Shown here: piece after piece, positions 1 through 7,124 of the stretch
How positions within the stretch are numbered: the stretch's first letter is position 1
How the letters are laid out: each line of letters opens with the position of its first letter
Notes under the pieces: model-generated
Databases searched by the model: none
What the model was told of the DNA's origin: nothing
What the model saw: only the letters and a program-made list of their open reading frames with translations
Program-made: the position numbers and the translations under genes
Virus record (IMG/VR): IMGVR_UViG_2974651877_000001
Coordinates: 49,761 to 113,760 of that record
DNA from: a virus
Lineage: Duplodnaviria; Caudoviricetes
Length of the DNA: 64,000 bases
Direction: 5' to 3' (one strand)

Positions 1-2
1 CA

Positions 3-350
3 CTAGAGCTTAAGTATCGTAAACAGCTAGTTTATCTCTTTAGAGAAGAGCTAGACTCTTGGAACTGCATTCCAGAGTACACGGGAGAGTATCTACTATC
101 TTTCAGTAGAGACCGAGTTTGCTATGCCGAAAAGCAGGTTAAGCTGACTAAGTACGTAGGGGACTGTAAGGAAACCCTGTCAATACCAATCTTTTCGTTC
201 GAGAAGCTGCGTAAGGTACAGGATGAAGCTTATCGCATTGTGAACTCGTTAAATGCGGAATATGCTACTGAACAGTCTAGTAAGGCCGCTTTGGAGAAAG
301 AAAAACGTCGCCAACAGTTCGAAAAGCTAAAACGAGAATTCGGAGAGTAA
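3..350 (+). CDS. hypothetical protein, 5'-truncated at window edge
   Basis: Open frame LELKYRKQLVYLF... from base 3 to TAA at 348-350; next ATG at 353. Confidence 0.7.
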   Translation, partial: LELKYRKQLVYLFREELDSWNCIPEYTGEYLLSFSRDRVCYAEKQVKLTKYVGDCKETLSIPIFSFEKLRKVQDEAYRIVNSLNAEYATEQSSKAALEKEKRRQQFEKLKREFGE

Positions 351-352
351 TC

Positions 353-586
353 ATGTCAAAAACAGTAATTGATACTGAAACCTTAGAGAAGATTCTGACC
401 CTTGGTAAAGTAGCCTCTCTAGTTATGTTGGCTTCCAAAGATATGGTAGCACATCATGGAGCAGAGTCCTTGCTCTCACAGGGAGAGCAGGCTATTAAGG
501 ACAGCATGGGTCTTCGTATCTTCACTAAAGAAGAAGTAGCCGCATTAGAAAAGCATTTCGACCTCGGAGCATTCTTCGAGGAATAG
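353..586 (+). CDS. hypothetical protein
   Basis: 77-aa ORF with GGAG RBS, tightly packed. Confidence 0.75.
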   Translation: MSKTVIDTETLEKILTLGKVASLVMLASKDMVAHHGAESLLSQGEQAIKDSMGLRIFTKEEVAALEKHFDLGAFFEE

Positions 587-594
587 CAGACAAA

Positions 595-670
595 GGGCGA
601 TACGCTGAAGACTCGAAGCGCGGGATTGCAAACTCCGTCTTAGTGGGTGGGAGTCCCACATTGCCCTCCA
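595..670 (+). tRNA. tRNA-Cys(GCA)
   Basis: Acceptor GGGCGAT/ATTGCCC, U73, encoded CCA, anticodon loop TT-GCA-AA, T-stem GTGGG/CCCAC with a non-canonical loop. Confidence 0.85.
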
Positions 671-684
671 GATAAGGTAAGAAA

Positions 685-840
685 ATGCCAAAAAATAGAG
701 CAGAAAAGAACGGTCTAGGAGTATGGGTATGTAAGCCCGTAAAAGAGGAAGAAGACTGGTTCTCCAAGCACGATAGCTTTATAAAGGGTGCTATCTTAGG
801 TGCCTCAGCAATGTATATACTAGCCCTATTCCTATTTTAG
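685..840 (+). CDS. small membrane protein (51 aa)
   Basis: AAGG RBS; MPKNRAEK...FIKGAILGASAMYILALFLF with a C-terminal hydrophobic helix; below ORF-track cutoff. Confidence 0.6.
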   Translation: MPKNRAEKNGLGVWVCKPVKEEEDWFSKHDSFIKGAILGASAMYILALFLF

Positions 841-862
841 AAACTACTCTTTGGAGAGCACA

Positions 863-1264
863 ATGAAAGAAGTTATTTTAAAAGCCGGCTATACCCTTAA
901 AATAGTATCTTGGGAAAACGACGCTGACTTCTACAATACCAAAACCTATCACGTAGAGGACGAGAATTGGGCTATTATTTTAAAGCATATCTGTGAGAAC
1001 TTACTATGCTCTCGATACTCTAGCTCTAGTGACTACGGAGTAGGTAATACTAACCTATCTAGTAGCGACAGTGCTAATAGAGTAGCAGAGTATTTTAAAA
1101 CCTATGGTATTCCAGAACACGTTCCAGAAGACGAACTTCTTGAATGGCTACACGACCTATCCTACGATTTAGTAGGTAGCTCCTACGAAAGTGATTGTAT
1201 ACGAGTATGTGAGTCGTGTAAAGTCTTGTACACTCCAGTTGATATTGAGGTAGAAACTCTATAA
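863..1264 (+). CDS. hypothetical protein
   Basis: ORF 851-1264; ATG at 863 follows GGAG. Confidence 0.75.
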   Translation: MKEVILKAGYTLKIVSWENDADFYNTKTYHVEDENWAIILKHICENLLCSRYSSSSDYGVGNTNLSSSDSANRVAEYFKTYGIPEHVPEDELLEWLHDLSYDLVGSSYESDCIRVCESCKVLYTPVDIEVETL

Positions 1265-1290
1265 CAATCTGCCGAAGCCTTTACTAGGCT

Positions 1291-1467
1291 TCACATTTAA
1301 GCACTCTTGAACGCTAAGGACGTGAGACACCCTTAGCATACGGAAATCCGGTATCCACTACAGGGTCTCAACGGCGGTGGGTTAAAGGCTCCTATAATAG
1401 CGGCTGGAGCGATGCCATGGGAAGTAGCTATCCCTAAGAGCTGACTGTGTAGAGTGCTTAAATGTGA
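1291..1467 (+). ncRNA. candidate structured ncRNA closed by a 17-bp perfect stem
   Basis: TCACATTTAAGCACTCT (1291-1307) pairs with AGAGTGCTTAAATGTGA (1451-1467); several internal hairpins; no credible + strand ORF. Confidence 0.6.
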
Positions 1468-1540
1468 CGTTGGCTGATGTGGAAATGGCTCCGGGTTGTG
1501 ATTCCGGATAATGCGGGTTCGAACCCCGTACGTCACCCCA
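1464..1540 (+). tRNA. tRNA-His(GTG)
   Basis: Acceptor GTGACGT/ACGTCAC, C73, CCA, anticodon arm CCGGG-TTGTGAT-TCCGG, GGTTCGAACC T-arm. Confidence 0.93.
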
Positions 1541-1547
1541 AATTATC

Positions 1548-1690
1548 GCAGTACCGGCTTCTGAACGCTGCTCGACAGAACATCGTCGAATAGATAAGGC
1601 AAAACGGCGTGAAGTGACTCCACGTAAATCGATTTCTAGGCGTCCGAGTCTATGGTGGTAAATTCCTATAGTCGACAATGGGTTCCACCA
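1548..1690 (+). ncRNA. candidate structured ncRNA downstream of tRNA-His
   Basis: Non-coding; hairpins GCAG/CTGC, TCGAC/GTCGA, CGTG/CACG, TGGTGG/CCACCA. Confidence 0.4.
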
Positions 1691-1746
1691 CAACCAATTA
1701 ACCAACTAACCAAAGAACTAATCAAGTTAACTTATATAGGATTAAT

Positions 1747-2001
1747 ATGTTTTCAATAAAACTATTTCTGCCTTCTGAGAAAGATAAGTCTATGTCTGAG
1801 TCAGCAGGAGTATCCGCAGTTTACTATGCTACTAAGCCGGAGTACACTCAGGATGACCAATTTGTACATCATGTTTTTGAGTGCGAAGATGTCAACGGGG
1901 GTAAATACTACTGGCCACTAACCCAAGGTACTAGGGTTTACGTAGAGAACTCAGCAGGTAAAACAATAGCCCATTTCTATGGTGGTGGCCCTATCGACTA
2001 G
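1747..2001 (+). CDS. hypothetical protein
   Basis: 84-aa ORF with AGGA RBS. Confidence 0.75.
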   Translation: MFSIKLFLPSEKDKSMSESAGVSAVYYATKPEYTQDDQFVHHVFECEDVNGGKYYWPLTQGTRVYVENSAGKTIAHFYGGGPID

Positions 2002-2011
2002 GGTACATATT

Positions 2012-2039
2012 AAAACCCTCCGAAGTACTAGAGGGTTTT
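2012..2039 (+). terminator. hairpin (terminator or processing stem)
   Basis: AAAACCCTC-N10-GAGGGTTTT. Confidence 0.6.
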
Positions 2040-2080
2040 CACATGTAACCGACTAACTATATTACTTTATAAGGATTGAT

Positions 2081-2335
2081 ATGTTTAAACTATTAATTAA
2101 ATTCCCTCTAGTACGAAAAATCTACCGAGCTTTCGTGCCCCTTCAAACATCTGACAGCCTAGCTGAGCAGTTTACTGGTAAGTTCAAACGTGTGGTTCAG
2201 GAGCAGAATGAAATTGCTAAGGAGTACACCCGTAAAGAAGTAGAGGCGAATACCCGCCGAGTAGCAGCAGAAAAAGAAGCCGCTCGTGCAGCTAAAGCCG
2301 CAAAGAACTTCCAAGACATGCTGGAGAAAGACTAA
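2081..2335 (+). CDS. hypothetical coiled-coil protein
   Basis: 84-aa ORF with AAGGA RBS. Confidence 0.75.
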   Translation: MFKLLIKFPLVRKIYRAFVPLQTSDSLAEQFTGKFKRVVQEQNEIAKEYTRKEVEANTRRVAAEKEAARAAKAAKNFQDMLEKD

Positions 2336-2366
2336 ATTCTCAGTAAGCCCCTTTGTAATAAATAAG

Positions 2367-2501
2367 ATGTCAATACGGCTTCTAATTATAGAGACCAGAC
2401 GACTTCTTCTTGTTACAAAAAATCCCGTCTACCTCAAAAGGCTAGAGGTAGACCTAAAGAACTACTTAGCCATACAAAATCTACTAGAGCAAGGAGATTA
2501 G
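2367..2501 (+). CDS. small hypothetical protein
   Basis: Internal ATG of track ORF 2286-2501; avoids overlap with the upstream gene. Confidence 0.45.
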   Translation: MSIRLLIIETRRLLLVTKNPVYLKRLEVDLKNYLAIQNLLEQGD

Positions 2502-2502
2502 A

Positions 2503-2697
2503 ATGCCTCTATTTAAAGGTACGGTACTAAGCGAAAAGTTCGGCGCTAAAATCGAACTACTTTCCCCAGTTAAAAACGGCTGTGCAGTCGTTCGAGTACT
2601 GGAAGTTGGCGAGATGCTAGAAGGCGTCAACAAGAATCAAGTTGTAAAAGACTTTGCAGTTACTTTTGGCGTTCTACGCTTCACTCCTGTAAAGTAA
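2503..2697 (+). CDS. hypothetical protein
   Basis: 64-aa ORF with AAGGAG RBS. Confidence 0.75.
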   Translation: MPLFKGTVLSEKFGAKIELLSPVKNGCAVVRVLEVGEMLEGVNKNQVVKDFAVTFGVLRFTPVK

Positions 2698-2704
2698 TAC
2701 CTAC

Positions 2705-2791
2705 GCGGGGTGTCCCCACATCTCCCTTCTAAGGAGATAGCGTATAAAAGTGGGAAGGAGCTGAGGGGTTCGATTCCTCCACCCTGTTCCA
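2705..2791 (+). ncRNA. tRNA-like RNA with an Arg(TCT) anticodon loop but no D-arm
   Basis: Acceptor GCGGGGT/ACCCTGT + T + CCA; T-arm GGGG-TTCGATT-CCTC; ATCTCC-CTTCTAA-GGAGAT hairpin nested in a CCCAC/GTGGG stem. Confidence 0.75.
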
Positions 2792-2800
2792 ATACTAACT

Positions 2801-2825
2801 AACCCTGACCTGTTCAGGGTTTTTT
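2801..2825 (+). terminator. Rho-independent terminator
   Basis: AACCCTGA-CCTGT-TCAGGGTT followed by a T-run. Confidence 0.8.
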
Positions 2826-2830
2826 ATTAT

Positions 2831-2859
2831 TTGTCAAAAAGCTATAATTACGTTATAAT
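2831..2859 (+). promoter_or_regulatory. sigma70 promoter
   Basis: TTGTCA-N17-TATAAT. Confidence 0.8.
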
Positions 2860-2898
2860 ACTTTGTAACAATAGATAATGACTTAGAGGAAATAGATA

Positions 2899-3558
2899 AT
2901 GTATGTAATTTCAGGCGATGCCGGAGCTGGCAAAGATACCGTAGGTGCGATGTTAGCGGAAGAACTAAAGGTAGGAACTTATGCCTTGGCTAACCCTATC
3001 AAAGCACTACTAAAAGCTCTGTTCAATATTCCAGAACACCAAATGGAAGACCGAGCGTACAAAGAAATGGAGCTAACGTACCATGTAGACGTTACTAGCC
3101 TAGAAGAAGCAGGAATGCTATATAACGAACTAGGGCTAGATAAGTATCAAGAGTTCCATGATGCTTGGGAAGAGTGGATTGCACTATTCGGACTAGAAGA
3201 AAGTGGAGAGTCTATGACTACCTTCCGCTCCCTACGTAATTTAATGCAGTTGCTAGGTACAGAGTGGGGTCGTGCCAAATCGGACACGATTTGGTTAGAC
3301 CTAGCCCCTGAGAGCCAAATTATCACAGACGCGCGTTTTGACAACGAAGCCCAGTACTTTAAAAATAAAAACTACCGAGTAATCGAAGTTGTACTCCCTG
3401 GGTTAGAGAAAATACCATCATCTGGCCACGCGTCCGAAGCGGGAATTTGCCCTAGCCTTATTGATACCGTTCTAATCAACGACGGTAATCTTCTAGACTT
3501 ACGAACCAAAGCTATTACTATAGCTGCTAACGGAGATGGCCCGTTAGGTGTATTATAA
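2899..3558 (+). CDS. dnk: deoxynucleoside monophosphate kinase
   Basis: P-loop GDAGAGKDT, R..MQLLGTEWGR, ITDARFDNE and HASE motifs; T5 synteny near clpP and lysin. Confidence 0.93.
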   Translation: MYVISGDAGAGKDTVGAMLAEELKVGTYALANPIKALLKALFNIPEHQMEDRAYKEMELTYHVDVTSLEEAGMLYNELGLDKYQEFHDAWEEWIALFGLEESGESMTTFRSLRNLMQLLGTEWGRAKSDTIWLDLAPESQIITDARFDNEAQYFKNKNYRVIEVVLPGLEKIPSSGHASEAGICPSLIDTVLINDGNLLDLRTKAITIAANGDGPLGVL

Positions 3559-3561
3559 CCC

Positions 3562-3587
3562 AAAGCCCGCCAAGTGCGGGCTTTTTT
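3562..3587 (+). terminator. Rho-independent terminator
   Basis: AAAGCCCGC-CAAGT-GCGGGCTTTTTT. Confidence 0.85.
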
Positions 3588-3648
3588 GCGTGCAACGAAA
3601 GCCACACTCATCATTCGAGGTATGTCAAGCGATAATTTTAATCTATAG

Positions 3649-3677
3649 TTGACACCATCCCCATATATAGGTATACT
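3649..3677 (+). promoter_or_regulatory. sigma70 promoter
   Basis: TTGACA-N17-TATACT. Confidence 0.8.
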
Positions 3678-3722
3678 GTCAAGGTAGGGTTACAAATTTA
3701 AAGACCAGTAACTAACTGGTAT

Positions 3723-4169
3723 ATGGGAATTTTGCCAATGAATTGGAAAACAGTAGTTATCAATGCTGCTATCCCAATACTATTAACTTTATCAGTAAAC
3801 TGGGTTCTAGAGCAGGGCAGTGCCGACAAAGCCTTGGAACTCAAGTATAGCGAGTTGGCTTCTAAAGTGCAGGTATTAGAGGACGCAGCTAAAGGTACAA
3901 AAATAGATATAAAAACCTATAGCTTAGAGATAAATTCTCTTAGAGAAAGGATGCTAAAGGTGGAGGGCGACATCAATCGCTTAAAGCTAGATGTTAATGC
4001 AGCCCCCAACATTCATAGAATACGACAAGATATAGAGTCTATAAAAGAGGATATAGATGTTTTAACTGTCGGAAGAGGCAACAGTACCGCGCTACTCAGC
4101 TCCATAAGGCTCCAGCTAAGTGGAATTGAGGGTAAGTTGTCAATTATAGAACAAGAGGTATTTAAATGA
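3723..4169 (+). CDS. membrane-anchored coiled-coil protein, possibly lysis-related
   Basis: N-terminal TM (VVINAAIPILLTLSVNWVL) followed by a long heptad region. Confidence 0.6.
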   Translation: MGILPMNWKTVVINAAIPILLTLSVNWVLEQGSADKALELKYSELASKVQVLEDAAKGTKIDIKTYSLEINSLRERMLKVEGDINRLKLDVNAAPNIHRIRQDIESIKEDIDVLTVGRGNSTALLSSIRLQLSGIEGKLSIIEQEVFK

Positions 4170-4510
4170 TTAAAGCTATCGTACTAGCGTTAGTGTTTCT
4201 ATGTGCTCCTGTCTTAGGTGAACAATGTAGTGAACTAACAAAGGTAGAGCCTAATCATCTACCTGAATATCAAGCTTACCAAGAAAGTCTTCAGGAACAG
4301 CTTAATGCAGGAATTCCAGAGGATAAATTCAATTATTACTGCATCAATAATGTAGAATATCAGATTAGTACAGTGTCTGTAATACCAGAGTACCAGAAGG
4401 AACAGGAAATGGTAGTAGAGATATTTGAACAACTAGAAAGGGCATCTGACCTTACTGATAGAATACTAGACGTAGTACCTATTAACAAGCTAGCCAAGAG
4501 CGAGGAGTGA
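4166..4510 (+). CDS. secreted/periplasmic protein
   Basis: Signal peptide MIKAIVLALVFLCAPVLG; ATGA-coupled to the upstream gene; two Cys in the mature part. Confidence 0.65.
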   Translation: MIKAIVLALVFLCAPVLGEQCSELTKVEPNHLPEYQAYQESLQEQLNAGIPEDKFNYYCINNVEYQISTVSVIPEYQKEQEMVVEIFEQLERASDLTDRILDVVPINKLAKSEE

Positions 4511-4527
4511 TTGCTGGAAACTTATAG

Positions 4528-4556
4528 TTGCCTAACTGTCTCAAAATTGATATAAT
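4528..4556 (+). promoter_or_regulatory. sigma70 promoter
   Basis: TTGCCT-N17-TATAAT. Confidence 0.75.
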
Positions 4557-4598
4557 ATTTATATTAATCAACGAAAGACCAGAAACCTAGGAGACTAA

Positions 4599-5348
4599 AT
4601 GGAACCACAAAAACTAACCGTAACAGGTGATATTAGCAAAAACCGTGTAGGTGCTCAGCTACCGTCTGAAGCACCTCACGTATTCATTTCTTACCGACCA
4701 AACCCAGGAGGAATTTATCAGGTACATCTAGACGAGGGAATTTCCCTGGCATCTAAGTACCGAGACCTAAAGCATCTACTGCGTAATGCCTCCGAGTCGG
4801 ATACCTTTGAAATCTACCTTAACGGGCCAGGCGGCCACCTCAGTACGTGTATCGAACTGGTTCATGAGATAGCTAATACCAAGGGTCGGGTTGTTGGGCA
4901 CCTGACAGGGGAAGCCCAGTCAGCTCACGCTAATATCTTTATGGCGTGCCACGAACATGTAGTATACCCGTATAGTTTGCTAATGGTTCATACTTTCTCT
5001 GGCGGATTTTACGCCAAGGGCGAAGATGTGACTCGTGCTGCAAAAGCGTATAACGAGCTTACTCGAACTTGCTATACTGACCTATATACAGGTTTCCTGT
5101 CTGACGAAGAGTTGGAAGATGTACTTCGCAACAACCACGACAGATACTACATTGGCCAAGAGATTCTTGACCGCTTAGCGGGCACGTACGCTCACCGCGA
5201 AAAGCTAGCACAAGAGGCGGACGAACAGGCTCAGGAAGCTATGCAAGAGGCATTAAAAACTCTAGAAAACGTGCAATCCGGCCCCAATGACGTAGCACCA
5301 CCTGAACAGCCTGAGTCCCCTGACGAAGAACAGGAAAATGGCGAATAA
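4599..5348 (+). CDS. clpP: ClpP-like protease subunit
   Basis: YLNGPGG, GEAQSAH (catalytic Ser) and LMVHT (His) motifs; T5 synteny. Confidence 0.88.
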   Translation: MEPQKLTVTGDISKNRVGAQLPSEAPHVFISYRPNPGGIYQVHLDEGISLASKYRDLKHLLRNASESDTFEIYLNGPGGHLSTCIELVHEIANTKGRVVGHLTGEAQSAHANIFMACHEHVVYPYSLLMVHTFSGGFYAKGEDVTRAAKAYNELTRTCYTDLYTGFLSDEELEDVLRNNHDRYYIGQEILDRLAGTYAHREKLAQEADEQAQEAMQEALKTLENVQSGPNDVAPPEQPESPDEEQENGE

Positions 5349-5724
5349 ATACTCAAAAGCAAGTAGAGAACGACTAGATACTTGTCACCCTCTCCTAATT
5401 AAACTTATGGAGAGAATCCTTCCTAGATGGGACCACACCATTGTATGTGGCCACCGTTCCAAGGAAGAACAGAACCGACTGTACGCTGAAGGGAAATCAC
5501 AGCTACAGTATCCTAGGTCAAAACACAATGCCTATCCTAGCATTGCCGTTGACATACAACCTTACCCATTCAAAGACGAAAGAGACCTATACTACTTTAT
5601 TGGATACGTGAAAGGCGTAGCTGATGAGATGGGAATTAAGTTAAGAATGGGAGCCGACTGGAATGACAACAAGACAGTTACAGACAACTGGATTGACGCT
5701 TTCCACATCGAGCTAGTACTTTAA
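5338..5724 (+). CDS. endolysin, L-alanyl-D-glutamate peptidase (M15 family)
   Basis: GHRSKEEQ, SKH..PSIAVD, GADW and DAFHIEL Zn-peptidase motifs. Confidence 0.93.
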   Translation: MANKYSKASRERLDTCHPLLIKLMERILPRWDHTIVCGHRSKEEQNRLYAEGKSQLQYPRSKHNAYPSIAVDIQPYPFKDERDLYYFIGYVKGVADEMGIKLRMGADWNDNKTVTDNWIDAFHIELVL

Positions 5725-5727
5725 TCG

Positions 5728-5753
5728 AACCCTGCATTAACGTGCAGGGTTTT
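5728..5753 (+). terminator. Rho-independent terminator
   Basis: AACCCTGCA-TTAACG-TGCAGGGTTTT. Confidence 0.8.
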
Positions 5754-5769
5754 CTCGTATGAGGAGCCT

Positions 5770-6036
5770 ATGAAGATATACCTATTTTCATCCAACGGGT
5801 GTTACCCCTGTGAAAAAGCACAGGACGTGGTATCGAAAATACTAAAAGAGAATCCGTTAATAGATATTATAAAGGTTACTAGACCAGACCCACTATTCGC
5901 AAGCTATGGTGTGGTTATGGTTCCCACCTTACTTATCGACCCCGGCGATAAGCCAGGTGCGGCCTTGGTGGGCGTGAGCAACATTACAAAAGTCGAAGTC
6001 GAGGGATTACTACGAGATTTCGGATTTCTTCAATAG
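5770..6036 (+). CDS. thioredoxin/glutaredoxin-like protein
   Basis: CYPC active site and YGVVMVPTL cis-Pro motif. Confidence 0.85.
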   Translation: MKIYLFSSNGCYPCEKAQDVVSKILKENPLIDIIKVTRPDPLFASYGVVMVPTLLIDPGDKPGAALVGVSNITKVEVEGLLRDFGFLQ

Positions 6037-6062
6037 CCAAAACATGTAAATTTCGCTATAAT
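6034..6062 (+). promoter_or_regulatory. sigma70 early promoter
   Basis: TAGCCA-N17-TATAAT followed by ATTTATATAAATTGA. Confidence 0.75.
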
Positions 6063-6093
6063 ATTTATATAAATTGAATGAGAGGAAATATTA

Positions 6094-6387
6094 ATGGAAA
6101 TGTTGAAACCAGACATGAGCAAAGCAGAACTTCAGCACGTACTAGCTATCTTGCTAGGCAACGGTATTTCTGCCGAGGAGCTTAAGCCTCTTACTGTGCC
6201 AATCCTTAATAAGATGCTTACTGCTCTAGAGACTAACGCTAAAGCGTTCAACGCACTAGAAGATAAGTATCGAGAGCTGCTTCAAGCCAGTACTTACAAG
6301 CCTATTGCTCCTAAAACACATCGTAACCGTGGGGCGGAGAACCGAGCCATGGCTAAAGAACTTCGCAAGCTAAAGAGTACCAAATAA
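6094..6387 (+). CDS. hypothetical protein
   Basis: 97-aa ORF with GAGGA RBS. Confidence 0.75.
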   Translation: MEMLKPDMSKAELQHVLAILLGNGISAEELKPLTVPILNKMLTALETNAKAFNALEDKYRELLQASTYKPIAPKTHRNRGAENRAMAKELRKLKSTK

Positions 6388-6472
6388 ATGCAACTGTATT
6401 ACTTATTCTTAATAGTGTTAGCACTATACGAAAACATCGACACAATCAATTACTTAGACGCGAGGTACGGAA

Positions 6473-6886
6473 GTGAAATTCTCTGATAAACTAATCGAAC
6501 TGGTAGACGAATACGACCTAGAGGGTCCTCACCTGCCTTACGGCTTCGCTGTAGAGCATATTAACGAGAAAGGCCAGATGGACTTCGCTCACTTCATCCG
6601 TAAATATAAAGTATACGGCTCTGTAAAGGATTTCTGCTCAGCGGTAGAAACTGTATTTGGTACGTTACAGTTTACCTATGACGTACCCACGGATACAGTG
6701 ACCAAAGAAGAGTTCCTAGAGATTTACGAGTTTGGTAAATTCCCTCGGGTCATGGACTGGATTCCTTACGTAGCTGCTAAGAAAGGCAAGCTAATCTTGC
6801 GTGAAGATTTGTTTGCCTGGGTACTTGGTACTTCTGCGCCTTCCAAAGCTAACTACAGCATGGGAGATATTAATAATGTCGAGTAA
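6473..6886 (+). CDS. hypothetical protein
   Basis: 137-aa ORF; GAGG before GTG. Confidence 0.75.
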   Translation: MKFSDKLIELVDEYDLEGPHLPYGFAVEHINEKGQMDFAHFIRKYKVYGSVKDFCSAVETVFGTLQFTYDVPTDTVTKEEFLEIYEFGKFPRVMDWIPYVAAKKGKLILREDLFAWVLGTSAPSKANYSMGDINNVE

Positions 6887-7097
6887 AGACCCCGTAAATA
6901 TCGACACAATTTGTAGTATCCTAGAAGAGCTTCACCCTAGCCACTACGACTCGGTTATTCTGTCCTGTAGGTCAGGTGCTCCACACTCTCTACTGCCTGA
7001 GATTGATTTTAGTGATAGAGAGACTTCGGTTTACGTAGAGTCCTTTCTGACAATAAAGAAAACAATTAATTGCCAATCAGGTAGAATTTCCGTATAA
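6876..7097 (+). CDS. hypothetical protein
   Basis: ATG 6876 after GGAG (track ORF 6801-7097). Confidence 0.6.
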   Translation: MSSKDPVNIDTICSILEELHPSHYDSVILSCRSGAPHSLLPEIDFSDRETSVYVESFLTIKKTINCQSGRISV

Positions 7098-7098
7098 T
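7070..7098 (+). promoter_or_regulatory. sigma70 early promoter
   Basis: TTGCCA-N17-TATAAT. Confidence 0.8.
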
Positions 7099-7124
7099 AT
7101 TCATATTAAATAAGGAAACGGAAA

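Noticed and set aside
1291-1467. Self-cleaving ribozyme or known riboswitch
   Set aside because: No hammerhead CUGANGA/GAAA core or other diagnostic motif recognised; kept as an unknown structured RNA
1333-1705. Minus-strand ORFs 1333-1536 and 1382-1705
   Set aside because: Overlap tRNA-His and structured RNA on the + strand
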